IMG/VR virus record: IMGVR_UViG_3300048592_001371 | Location: 59,554-123,553 of that record | Length of the DNA: 64,000 nucleotides | DNA from: a virus | Reading direction: 5' to 3' (one strand) | In this document: in pieces, positions 45,731 through 53,631 of the stretch | Position numbering within the stretch: the first letter of the stretch is position 1 | How the letters are laid out: each line of letters opens with the position of its first letter | Made by a program: the position numbers and the translations under genes | Notes under the pieces: generated by a model | Databases searched by the model: none | What the model was told of the DNA's origin: nothing | What the model saw: only the letters and a program-made list of their open reading frames with translations

Positions 45731-45979
45731 ATGTCCGTTGTTTGCAAAATGAAGTGCCATGGAACACCGCAAGGTGAACAGATCACCGACCAGCCGCAGA
45801 AGGTAGTCTTAGGCGCCGTGTGGGAACCAGACGACGGCAAGAGGGAATTGCCAGAGAACGCAGTATTCGGCAAGGCCACTCCGTGGGGCGAGATCACGAT
45901 GGGAATAGCTAACCCGGCAGCGAAGGAATTCTTTGTTCCCGGTAAGAACTACTACGTGACGTTCACGGAAGCGGAATAA
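45731..45979 (+). CDS. Small beta-rich phage protein (ENxxFxKxTPxGxI pattern)
   Basis: AGGAG RBS; followed by its own terminator. Confidence 0.7.
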   Translation: MSVVCKMKCHGTPQGEQITDQPQKVVLGAVWEPDDGKRELPENAVFGKATPWGEITMGIANPAAKEFFVPGKNYYVTFTEAE

Positions 45980-45987
45980 CAGTAGGT

Positions 45988-46013
45988 GTGGGTCTCTTCG
46001 GAGACCCACCTTT
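45988..46013 (+). terminator. UUCG-tetraloop hairpin terminator
   Basis: GTGGGTCTC-TTCG-GAGACCCAC followed by CTTT. Confidence 0.7.
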
Positions 46014-46025
46014 CAAGGAACACAT

Positions 46026-47225
46026 ATGTCTTTTGCTCATTCAATTGACCAGATCAACGTAGGAGCGAACGCGCAAGCGGACGTTACCTTCACGCTTCCC
46101 GTAGAGCCTGAACAGCTAGCTGGTGCTCAGGTGGCTTGGGACATTCTGGACTTCGAAGGAGCCGTTTGGAACAGCGGTGAAGCAGCCAGTCTTGGCGTTA
46201 CTCCCTCGGCGATGCAGCCTGGGATGTACAAGATCACTGCGGATGCCACTATCAGCGTTCCTTCCCGACTTCCCGTCAACGCAAGTGGCACACGCTATCA
46301 GTTGCGTTGGACGCTCAAACTGAAAGACGGCAGAGAGTTCCCCGCTTTCGACAATTTCACGGTCTTGCCCATCTCCGAAGTTCACCAAGGCCCCGTTTCC
46401 GTCGTAGAAATCTTTGGCAATACGGCCTACCTCAATATCGTACTGCCGAAGAAATACCCGATGGTAGCATACGAGATCTACAAAGGGAACGCAAAGGTGA
46501 AGGACGCTACTATCGCGGCCAACATCAATGACCCTACTCCCGTAGCCGGTGGCTTTGTCTATAACGCTCAGATCAATACACAGACGTTTGCCGATGTAGG
46601 TGTAGGCCCATCGTTGGAGCCGTATCTCGTGATATGGCGCTACGGCGAGTCGAACGCGATCTTCCAGCAGGAGACAGGGGAACTGTACATGGTTACTCCC
46701 TCTGTTGTCGGGGCTCAGCAGGAGATCGTTCGCTTCCTTGCTAAGTCCTATACCGATGCGGGTATCGACCCAGGTACAGAATTCTCCCCCGAAGCTATCA
46801 TGTCCTATCTTCGCATGGGACGCGACCAATTCAACGCAGCCGTGATGCCCACAGAATTCACCATGCTGAATGCGATTAGCGCCTTCCGCTACTTCTGGTT
46901 GCAATACAGCATTGCGTATGCTTGCAGATCACAGTACCTGGCCGAAGGACTGAGAGCTTTCAACTTCTCCGGACAGGTAGTAACGCTGGATATCGATCGT
47001 ACTCAGTTCTGGGACAGTCTGGCTACCCAGCTGGAGACGTCGATGTCCGAACACATTCGCAATTTCAAGACCAATCTGTACAAGCGAGGCATCGTGCGAG
47101 GGGACGGCAGCAACGTTCTTGGTTTGCAGCCGGGGGCCATTGGCAGCATTGGAATTTCCATCAGTCCTGTTTCGCCAGTCCGTGGCACGCTGGGTATGCC
47201 TGGCTATGGACCATTCCTTCGATAG
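46026..47225 (+). CDS. Putative virion structural protein (Ig-like domains plus head-tail-adaptor-like C-terminus)
   Basis: Two beta-rich domains, then a helical domain with FNFSGQ.V.LDIDRT. Confidence 0.55.
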   Translation: MSFAHSIDQINVGANAQADVTFTLPVEPEQLAGAQVAWDILDFEGAVWNSGEAASLGVTPSAMQPGMYKITADATISVPSRLPVNASGTRYQLRWTLKLKDGREFPAFDNFTVLPISEVHQGPVSVVEIFGNTAYLNIVLPKKYPMVAYEIYKGNAKVKDATIAANINDPTPVAGGFVYNAQINTQTFADVGVGPSLEPYLVIWRYGESNAIFQQETGELYMVTPSVVGAQQEIVRFLAKSYTDAGIDPGTEFSPEAIMSYLRMGRDQFNAAVMPTEFTMLNAISAFRYFWLQYSIAYACRSQYLAEGLRAFNFSGQVVTLDIDRTQFWDSLATQLETSMSEHIRNFKTNLYKRGIVRGDGSNVLGLQPGAIGSIGISISPVSPVRGTLGMPGYGPFLR

Positions 47226-47234
47226 GAGAGTAAC

Positions 47235-47621
47235 ATGATCAAACAAGTAATGGCGAGATTGCAACATAAGGAAACGTCGGCGATAACAAAACAAGAGAAG
47301 CTGGCCGTTAATAATCTCGTCGAGAGGTTACGCCTCCGTGGTCTCAAATTCGACAAGTCGTTTGTTCATGAATTTGGCGGCCATATCGTAGTCCTTGCGC
47401 TGAGAGACTCCTCCGCCAAATCAGGTAAGATGGCCTCCAAGATCATACAAGACATCCTGAAAACGGAAAATGTCCAGTTCGAGGTTGAGATCAACCGAAC
47501 GCTGCAAGATGAAAAACGCTATGTAAGTTTGACGATCGAGCATCCTAATCGTGGAACCAAATACTCTTTCTCTTTCATAACAATCGACGAATTGTACGGT
47601 ATGCTGTACCTCCAATTCTGA
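47235..47621 (+). CDS. Hypothetical protein
   Basis: AGGAG RBS; N-terminal ARLQHKETSA. Confidence 0.6.
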   Translation: MIKQVMARLQHKETSAITKQEKLAVNNLVERLRLRGLKFDKSFVHEFGGHIVVLALRDSSAKSGKMASKIIQDILKTENVQFEVEINRTLQDEKRYVSLTIEHPNRGTKYSFSFITIDELYGMLYLQF

Positions 47622-47631
47622 GGTCCCGAGG

Positions 47632-48135
47632 ATGATCAAGATTCTCAGTTACTACTCCGGTGAAACAGGTTTCTACTCCGTTGCGTATCCGACGCAGGAC
47701 AGCGTCCGCAACCTACACGACTTCCTGACAGGTGAGGTTGGGGTGGATGCGGAGAGGCTTGACGCTCCCAGCACGTGGCACGTCACGATCATGACGAGCC
47801 CAGACTTCGCACCGAAGAAGCGGGACATTCCAGTCCTCGATCGCAATGCAATGTTTCCGGCCTCTGTCAAGAAGTTCAACTATTGGGGAGGACACGACAA
47901 CAAAGGTTACATTGTAGCCGAGTTGGAAAGCCCGGCACTACTGAAGCAGCACGAGTTCTGGAAGGGACTCGGTTGCAAGCACACGTTTGACCCCTTTACT
48001 CCACACGTTACGCTTCTGACCAAAGGAAACGCGGCCCCGATAACCGCTAAGCTGTGTAATTTGATGTTGCGTCGCAGGAGTGCTCCAATCCACATGGAAT
48101 TCGGGGCGCACAATTTCGAGGATTTCAACGACTAA
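47632..48135 (+). CDS. acb1: Acb1-like 2H phosphodiesterase (anti-CBASS, T4 57B family)
   Basis: Two HxT motifs (WHVTI, PHVTL) plus G.Y.V N-terminus, L.S..L...H and G..H.F..F.PH, matching the T4 Acb1 layout. Confidence 0.8.
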   Translation: MIKILSYYSGETGFYSVAYPTQDSVRNLHDFLTGEVGVDAERLDAPSTWHVTIMTSPDFAPKKRDIPVLDRNAMFPASVKKFNYWGGHDNKGYIVAELESPALLKQHEFWKGLGCKHTFDPFTPHVTLLTKGNAAPITAKLCNLMLRRRSAPIHMEFGAHNFEDFND

Positions 48136-48316
48136 GGAGGACACGTGCCATATTTTCTGTTGCAGATAGCGCCTATATCTCAACTTTGAAAGGATGGTGA
48201 TCCCGAATAGGCGGTGTGAGGCCTTTTGAACATCACACGACTTGCAGCCACCTAATTGGTAGTCGACCTATGCAAATTTCTTTACGGGTACATTGCCCAA
48301 ACTCTAGGAGATTTAG

Positions 48317-49243
48317 ATGCAAACTCTGAACAAACGTCGTATCGTCGATAGCTTCAAGGAGCGCATGAAGTCCACCATCGTGGCGAACATCCACGACTTC
48401 CGTGCTCTGTCCCCGACAATCGCCAAGGTCGTTGTCACCTTCAATACCAAGGATGCCGATCAGGACACTTTGCGTGAGGCGCTTGCCCACGTACTCGACC
48501 ACCGCGTCGTCCCGATCGAAGGTTCTTTCCGCTGGGTGCACAGCTTCTCCCTCCCGGCCGTGGTTGGCTTCGTTCGCAAGAATCGCGAGATTCGTCCCAT
48601 TGAGGAAGCCAATTCCAAGGGCATGAAGGCCCTTGCGTCCAATCTGCTGATGGATTCTGTCGATGAATCCCTGTGGGAAGTTCGCAGCGGTTCCAACGGT
48701 CAGAAGATCCTCGTTCGCCAAGAGATGGAAGACCTGTCCGAGCTTCTGGTGACCGCTTCCATTCGCCAGCACAATGCTCCGAAGCTGTCCAGCATTGGCA
48801 GTGACGTGTCGCGTGGCGAGTTCGTCTCCTTCGTCGATCCCAAGCTTGAAATCTCGCGTATCGGTTACGTCCTGGCCGTCGAAGGGGACAACGTCGAAGT
48901 GATGCCCTACGTCTCGCAAGAGGAACAGCAGGACTTCGATCTCGTTCAAGACGATGTCGAAACGGATCCGGCTACCGCGCCGAACGAAGGCGAAGAAATG
49001 CGTGGCGAAGGCAACAAGGTCGCCCAGCGTCTGTACGAAATGGAAGCTCCGGTCCACGTTGGCCAGGACTTCCTGACAGATGCCGCTACTCTGAACGGCA
49101 CCGATGTTCAGAAGACAGTCGCCGCTCCGGCGAATCCGAACGTCAAAGAGCACATGCTGGACTACTACAAGAAGATGTTCAGCTACGCTCCGGACTATTA
49201 CGAGCAAATCAAGCAGATCATCGAGGGACGGGCTGCAATGTAA
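48317..49243 (+). CDS. Highly expressed hypothetical head/scaffold-like protein
   Basis: AGGAG RBS, strong codon bias and its own terminator. Confidence 0.6.
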   Translation: MQTLNKRRIVDSFKERMKSTIVANIHDFRALSPTIAKVVVTFNTKDADQDTLREALAHVLDHRVVPIEGSFRWVHSFSLPAVVGFVRKNREIRPIEEANSKGMKALASNLLMDSVDESLWEVRSGSNGQKILVRQEMEDLSELLVTASIRQHNAPKLSSIGSDVSRGEFVSFVDPKLEISRIGYVLAVEGDNVEVMPYVSQEEQQDFDLVQDDVETDPATAPNEGEEMRGEGNKVAQRLYEMEAPVHVGQDFLTDAATLNGTDVQKTVAAPANPNVKEHMLDYYKKMFSYAPDYYEQIKQIIEGRAAM

Positions 49244-49248
49244 GGGAC

Positions 49249-49280
49249 GAAGGGTGGTCGAGACCACCCTTCCCTTTCTT
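49249..49280 (+). terminator. Rho-independent terminator
   Basis: GAAGGGTGGT-CGAG-ACCACCCTTC followed by CCTTTCTT. Confidence 0.75.
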
Positions 49281-49292
49281 GGGACCAAGCCT

Positions 49293-49709
49293 ATGGACAA
49301 AGATATGAGATACCGTGACGTTCAGAAACGATTGCAGATGGCCGACGTGCGTCTTGCTGTTCCCAAATACGAGGAGCAGTTCAATGACATCGACTATCGA
49401 GTCATTCAGTGCGATGTTCTGTCGCACTCTATCCAAAATGCTTCCAAGGAGTTCGTTGAGTTCTGCTCTCGAATAGACGACCAAGAGTTGGGACAAACTC
49501 TGGCGCAGTACATGCAGAACAACGACTTTGGCAAGCTGTCCGATTTCTTGGCGCAAGGGCACGCCAAGATCGATACGCCAGACATGCGAAAACTGCAAAG
49601 CCTCTTTTCCAAGCTTCAGCGCGACTACCTCACGTTGCTTGGGCACTGGAGTCAAATAAGCAGGATGTCGCGCGACCTCCACGATTCGATCAAACGTCTG
49701 GTGCACTGA
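49293..49709 (+). CDS. Hypothetical protein
   Basis: First ATG after the terminator. Confidence 0.55.
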   Translation: MDKDMRYRDVQKRLQMADVRLAVPKYEEQFNDIDYRVIQCDVLSHSIQNASKEFVEFCSRIDDQELGQTLAQYMQNNDFGKLSDFLAQGHAKIDTPDMRKLQSLFSKLQRDYLTLLGHWSQISRMSRDLHDSIKRLVH

Positions 49710-49710
49710 C

Positions 49711-49962
49711 ATGAGATACTCCGCTATTCAGAAACGTATGACCGTCGCGGCTCCGGTAACAAGGGACGAAGTTAAAACAGTTTTTACTGAGCAGAAGGTC
49801 GGCCCGGCTAACAAATCTGTCAAGGGCGCGACCGTGCGTACAATCAAAGACAAGTTTCGCGGACGCGTTCCCCGGGACCAAAGGCTGTTTGTACGATTCA
49901 TGGACACTCTTGGTTTCAAATCGGAGTGGAGCAATCAAGCCAGCGCTTGGGTCTATTACTGA
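49711..49962 (+). CDS. Hypothetical protein
   Basis: Operon packing; N-terminal KRMTVAA. Confidence 0.55.
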   Translation: MRYSAIQKRMTVAAPVTRDEVKTVFTEQKVGPANKSVKGATVRTIKDKFRGRVPRDQRLFVRFMDTLGFKSEWSNQASAWVYY

Positions 49963-49971
49963 GGAACGTAT

Positions 49972-50448
49972 ATGCCTACCACCTATATCAAGAAGCTAGC
50001 CAAGCAAGGCAAAGGAACAATCCAAGCGCTTGAGAAGAAATGGGCCAAGGCCAAGAAGCTTGCTGCTGAACAAAAGCACAAGGACGACTACCCATATATT
50101 ACGGGCATTTTCAAAAAAATGGTGGGGGCAAGTTTTTACCTACGTGTTCTCTCCCGTATGTGTGAGACGGCCGCTCCCAGGAACAACATTTGGTTTGGAT
50201 TGCGTAACCAGACAGACGTCATTCGGATGGCGAAGGCGTTCGGCTTCAAAGGAACCATCAATTTCAACGCCGATTGGACAGTCGTCCGAAAGGAAGGCGA
50301 GGTAGAGATAGGCTACGATCCGGAAGAAGGGTTCGCCTTCTACGGTGACAAGAAGGTAGTGGCGGACTTGCTGAAACGGATGTTTCCTAGCGTCCGTATT
50401 AAGGTTGCGGGCACTGACGTCTACGTCAAAGGTATTAAGTGGTACTAG
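49972..50448 (+). CDS. Hypothetical protein
   Basis: GAGGA RBS; MP..YIKKLA....LEKKW.KAK...Y.YITGIFKKMVG helical domain. Confidence 0.65.
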   Translation: MPTTYIKKLAKQGKGTIQALEKKWAKAKKLAAEQKHKDDYPYITGIFKKMVGASFYLRVLSRMCETAAPRNNIWFGLRNQTDVIRMAKAFGFKGTINFNADWTVVRKEGEVEIGYDPEEGFAFYGDKKVVADLLKRMFPSVRIKVAGTDVYVKGIKWY

Positions 50449-50462
50449 TCAAGGAGGTTCAA

Positions 50463-50750
50463 ATGACATATAGCAAAACGATCAAGCGTCTGAAAGTGAC
50501 CGCGGATGATCAAGCACAATTCCCAGCCGGTGTTCGCATTACTAACAAGTCTCTCGCACGCGCCGAACACGTCGCTGCGAAGATCGGTCTCGAAGACGAT
50601 ACTGACGGACATAGACTGCTAGTCGGGCTTTTGGCTTATGCGGCGGAGCACCCGAAAACCGCCGCTCGCTTTCCGGACATAGCGGCCAACGCTGTCAAGA
50701 TGAAGCACAATCTGTCGCTCGTAATGAAGGCTCTAGCGCGGAGCAAGTAA
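50463..50750 (+). CDS. Hypothetical protein
   Basis: AAGGAGG RBS before ATG 50463. Confidence 0.65.
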   Translation: MTYSKTIKRLKVTADDQAQFPAGVRITNKSLARAEHVAAKIGLEDDTDGHRLLVGLLAYAAEHPKTAARFPDIAANAVKMKHNLSLVMKALARSK

Positions 50751-50766
50751 CCCGGAAAGGGAAGTC

Positions 50767-51408
50767 ATGTTGGGAAGTAACATTGTCAGAATTGACAGAA
50801 GAGAGCGGACGAAGAAGACAAAGAAACAGTCCGCTCCATTGATGTTGGAAGACAAGCGACCGAAGAGCCTTGAGAGAATCAAGAAGAAACGCTCCAAGAA
50901 GATTCTGTCGCTTGACCAGCAGAACAAGAAGCTGAAGAAGCTGGGTTCTACCTTCGGCGTCAAAGCGAAAGAGGTCTACGACCTGATTCAGAAGGGTGAC
51001 ATGGATAAGGCCATTGTCACCTTCCAGCGTCAAATGCTGGCGACGCTGATGCGCTTGATCCCGATGGCCGAGAAGGAGTACCGCAAGTACAAGAAGGAAT
51101 ACACGGCCTACGCCCTGAATTCCTTGATCTCCCAGGCTAGAGAACTCACATCGGATATCCAAGCCTCGGACGATAGAGCTAGGCTTGCAAATACGCTGGT
51201 GATGGATGTTCTCAAACCGGCCTTCCAGCAAAGCGTGCAGGAGATGATTAACACACACTACGCTTTGAAGATGCGAATCAAGTCCAAGGTCAAGAACCCT
51301 GATCTTGTAGAGGACGCCGTCGATAACTGTGCGAAGGAAATAGCACAGTTCATGAACGAAGTGTTCAGAACCACGGCCGAGCAAATCAAGCAGTCACTGA
51401 CCAAGTGA
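50767..51408 (+). CDS. Hypothetical helical protein with basic N-terminus
   Basis: 213-aa ORF. Confidence 0.6.
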   Translation: MLGSNIVRIDRRERTKKTKKQSAPLMLEDKRPKSLERIKKKRSKKILSLDQQNKKLKKLGSTFGVKAKEVYDLIQKGDMDKAIVTFQRQMLATLMRLIPMAEKEYRKYKKEYTAYALNSLISQARELTSDIQASDDRARLANTLVMDVLKPAFQQSVQEMINTHYALKMRIKSKVKNPDLVEDAVDNCAKEIAQFMNEVFRTTAEQIKQSLTK

Positions 51409-51415
51409 GGATACT

Positions 51416-52192
51416 ATGAAGCAAGTTGCAGCGATCAAAACACTCACAGTTGATACTCACCGTCAAGCTGTGCAAGACGTCGAACAGGTCTCCCCTAGCG
51501 TGAATGTCCAAACGCAGATGAAGGAACAACCGGACGAACTAATCAACCGGCTAGCCTCACAGTTCCGCAACTATGGTGGCGAGGTAGACATTGCAGTTAC
51601 GGATTTGCCTGAAGGTCAGAAGAAGCATTGCTTGATGTACACTCGGGATAGCGACTGGCCTGCGACGTATCCTGTCTCCAGCGAAACAGAATTCTGTCTT
51701 GAGTACGACAGTCTGCTCAAGACCTGGAAAGCTACGGGTCGTCTGTTCGGACTGCTGGTCAATGACGACATGCCACCGGAAGCCTTGCTGCATTCGTTGC
51801 AGAATCGTGGCCATACAAAGATGGCACCGAAACAGGCCTTCTTCAATTTCGCCATCAAGTACGCGGAACGCTACACAGGCGACCATCGTCTGATGCTGTA
51901 CAAGCTTGGCATAGAGCTTGTTGCTATCGGCACGATGGTTCTGTCGACGGGACCGGACGAGAAGATCATTGCTACCTGGGTGTCTGGCTCCGATCCCGGC
52001 TTCTGCGTCTACTTCTCAGTCGAGCAAACACCTATCAGCGAGAGGCTCCTGTTTGGCTTCTTCCCTGAGCCGGCAACTCACACGTTCCTCGCAGACCCGG
52101 CTGGTTTCCTCGGTGTGGTTCAACTGACAGAAGAGTACCAGCTGCGTCTGAAACAGTTCACCGTACAATGTTTCCTTCCCGCGGCCGAGTAG
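51416..52192 (+). CDS. Hypothetical protein
   Basis: GAGGA RBS. Confidence 0.6.
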   Translation: MKQVAAIKTLTVDTHRQAVQDVEQVSPSVNVQTQMKEQPDELINRLASQFRNYGGEVDIAVTDLPEGQKKHCLMYTRDSDWPATYPVSSETEFCLEYDSLLKTWKATGRLFGLLVNDDMPPEALLHSLQNRGHTKMAPKQAFFNFAIKYAERYTGDHRLMLYKLGIELVAIGTMVLSTGPDEKIIATWVSGSDPGFCVYFSVEQTPISERLLFGFFPEPATHTFLADPAGFLGVVQLTEEYQLRLKQFTVQCFLPAAE

Positions 52193-52503
52193 TACGTATC
52201 AAGAGAGCGGACTACGGGGACGACTGGGAACGTACGGCTGAAGAGGTGCTAGAGCGAGACAACTATACCTGTCGAGACTGTGGCAAACCCGTCCGTCGTA
52301 CTTCGCTGCGAGCCGTGCACCACATCATTCCGCTGTCGCGTGGTGGTACGAACAGGAAGAACAATCTGAAGACGCAATGTGATGATTGCCATGCAAAGAA
52401 GCATCCGCACTTGCAGAAACAACCCAAGCGCGTAGAACGTTTCAAGACGCCGACAAAAGCTTCTGTGAAACGATTCTACACCAAGAAATCCTATCGGATG
52501 TAG
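52168..52503 (+). CDS. HNH endonuclease (start uncertain)
   Basis: VLERDNYTCRDCG, VHHIIPLSRGGTN...NL...CDDCH. Confidence 0.88.
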   Translation: MFPSRGRVVRIKRADYGDDWERTAEEVLERDNYTCRDCGKPVRRTSLRAVHHIIPLSRGGTNRKNNLKTQCDDCHAKKHPHLQKQPKRVERFKTPTKASVKRFYTKKSYRM

Positions 52504-52506
52504 GGA

Positions 52507-53247
52507 ATGGACAACAAGGACCTGATACTGTTAGGCGTACCCGAAGAGGACATTGCCGAGCCGACCATCTACAACTATCCGTCCAAGTTCAACCCCAACG
52601 CCTTTGTTATCTGGGACAAGATCCTTCAACTGTCGGATGTGGAGAACGCTACCGACAAATGGGACTTTGTCATCCGCAAGTTCGTTGCTCAGTGCCGGAT
52701 GCGGCGCATCCCTATCTATCACAAGAAATTGGATCGCACGGACAACAACTGGATCATCGAGTACTGCCGTCTTCGCCGCAAGAAGATTACACGGTTCTAC
52801 GACCAGATGGGTGTCTTCACTACGCAGACCCGGATTTTCAAACTCGGTGTGATGCGTGAGTATACAACGATGCACAATGGCTTTTGGATCGAGGCCACCA
52901 TCCCGGTACGCCAAATCGATCTACGCGCCACGGTAGAGTTGCTCAAGTCCTATCGCTTCTTTCCCGATCTCAATGCGGAGAAGCACAGCGACGTTGGCTA
53001 CCGACATTGGCATCGTTGGCTGATAGGCGAGATTGGTAAAGTAGACTTACGGTTTGCTGCTTCCGGGAACGAAACGGCTGAATTCGGCTACGCCGTCTAC
53101 GTTCCCAGATTGCCCTTCCTGAGCCTTGGGCCAAATGAACAAAGAACGCGTCAGCCGTTACTTGACGAGTTCGTAGACCGCTTTGTATGGAAGCCTTTGA
53201 CCATAGCTCATCGGTTCCGCAATATCCCGTATGGCATTTTGTTTTGA
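52507..53247 (+). CDS. Hypothetical protein
   Basis: 246-aa ORF in operon. Confidence 0.6.
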   Translation: MDNKDLILLGVPEEDIAEPTIYNYPSKFNPNAFVIWDKILQLSDVENATDKWDFVIRKFVAQCRMRRIPIYHKKLDRTDNNWIIEYCRLRRKKITRFYDQMGVFTTQTRIFKLGVMREYTTMHNGFWIEATIPVRQIDLRATVELLKSYRFFPDLNAEKHSDVGYRHWHRWLIGEIGKVDLRFAASGNETAEFGYAVYVPRLPFLSLGPNEQRTRQPLLDEFVDRFVWKPLTIAHRFRNIPYGILF

Positions 53248-53256
53248 GGAGCAATC

Positions 53257-53631
53257 ATGGCCGAGAACATTAAAGTTCTTCGCACAATAGAAGACCGGAT
53301 CGACTCGTTGGACGAGGAAATCCAAAAGATGGGCGAGACGGTTCCGCGCCGTGTCATCGAGCTTGTCTCTGATCTGAGAAGCTTGTTAATCGAATACCGG
53401 ACAACCGTTCGTTCCGACGAGCAGCGTGCCGAGTTGCTCGACAAGATTCGTTCTTCCTTTGAAGGGATGCCGTTGATCGAGGCAGCCCAGATAGCAAGCG
53501 GGCTATACACACGTGCCTTCTTTGAAGGCGACGGAGACGTTCTGTTTGGGCAACAGCTGTCGACATGGCTGTGCGACAAGTTTGCCAACCAACCGACAGC
53601 GAACATAGATTTGTGGAGGCAATTCAAATGA
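53257..53631 (+). CDS. Hypothetical protein
   Basis: GAGGAG RBS. Confidence 0.6.
   Translation: MAENIKVLRTIEDRIDSLDEEIQKMGETVPRRVIELVSDLRSLLIEYRTTVRSDEQRAELLDKIRSSFEGMPLIEAAQIASGLYTRAFFEGDGDVLFGQQLSTWLCDKFANQPTANIDLWRQFK

Noticed and set aside
52168-52503. HNH gene as a mobile homing element
   Set aside because: Small stand-alone HNH without a DNA-binding extension or flanking intron; more like a packaging-associated HNH, so it is left as an ordinary CDS.
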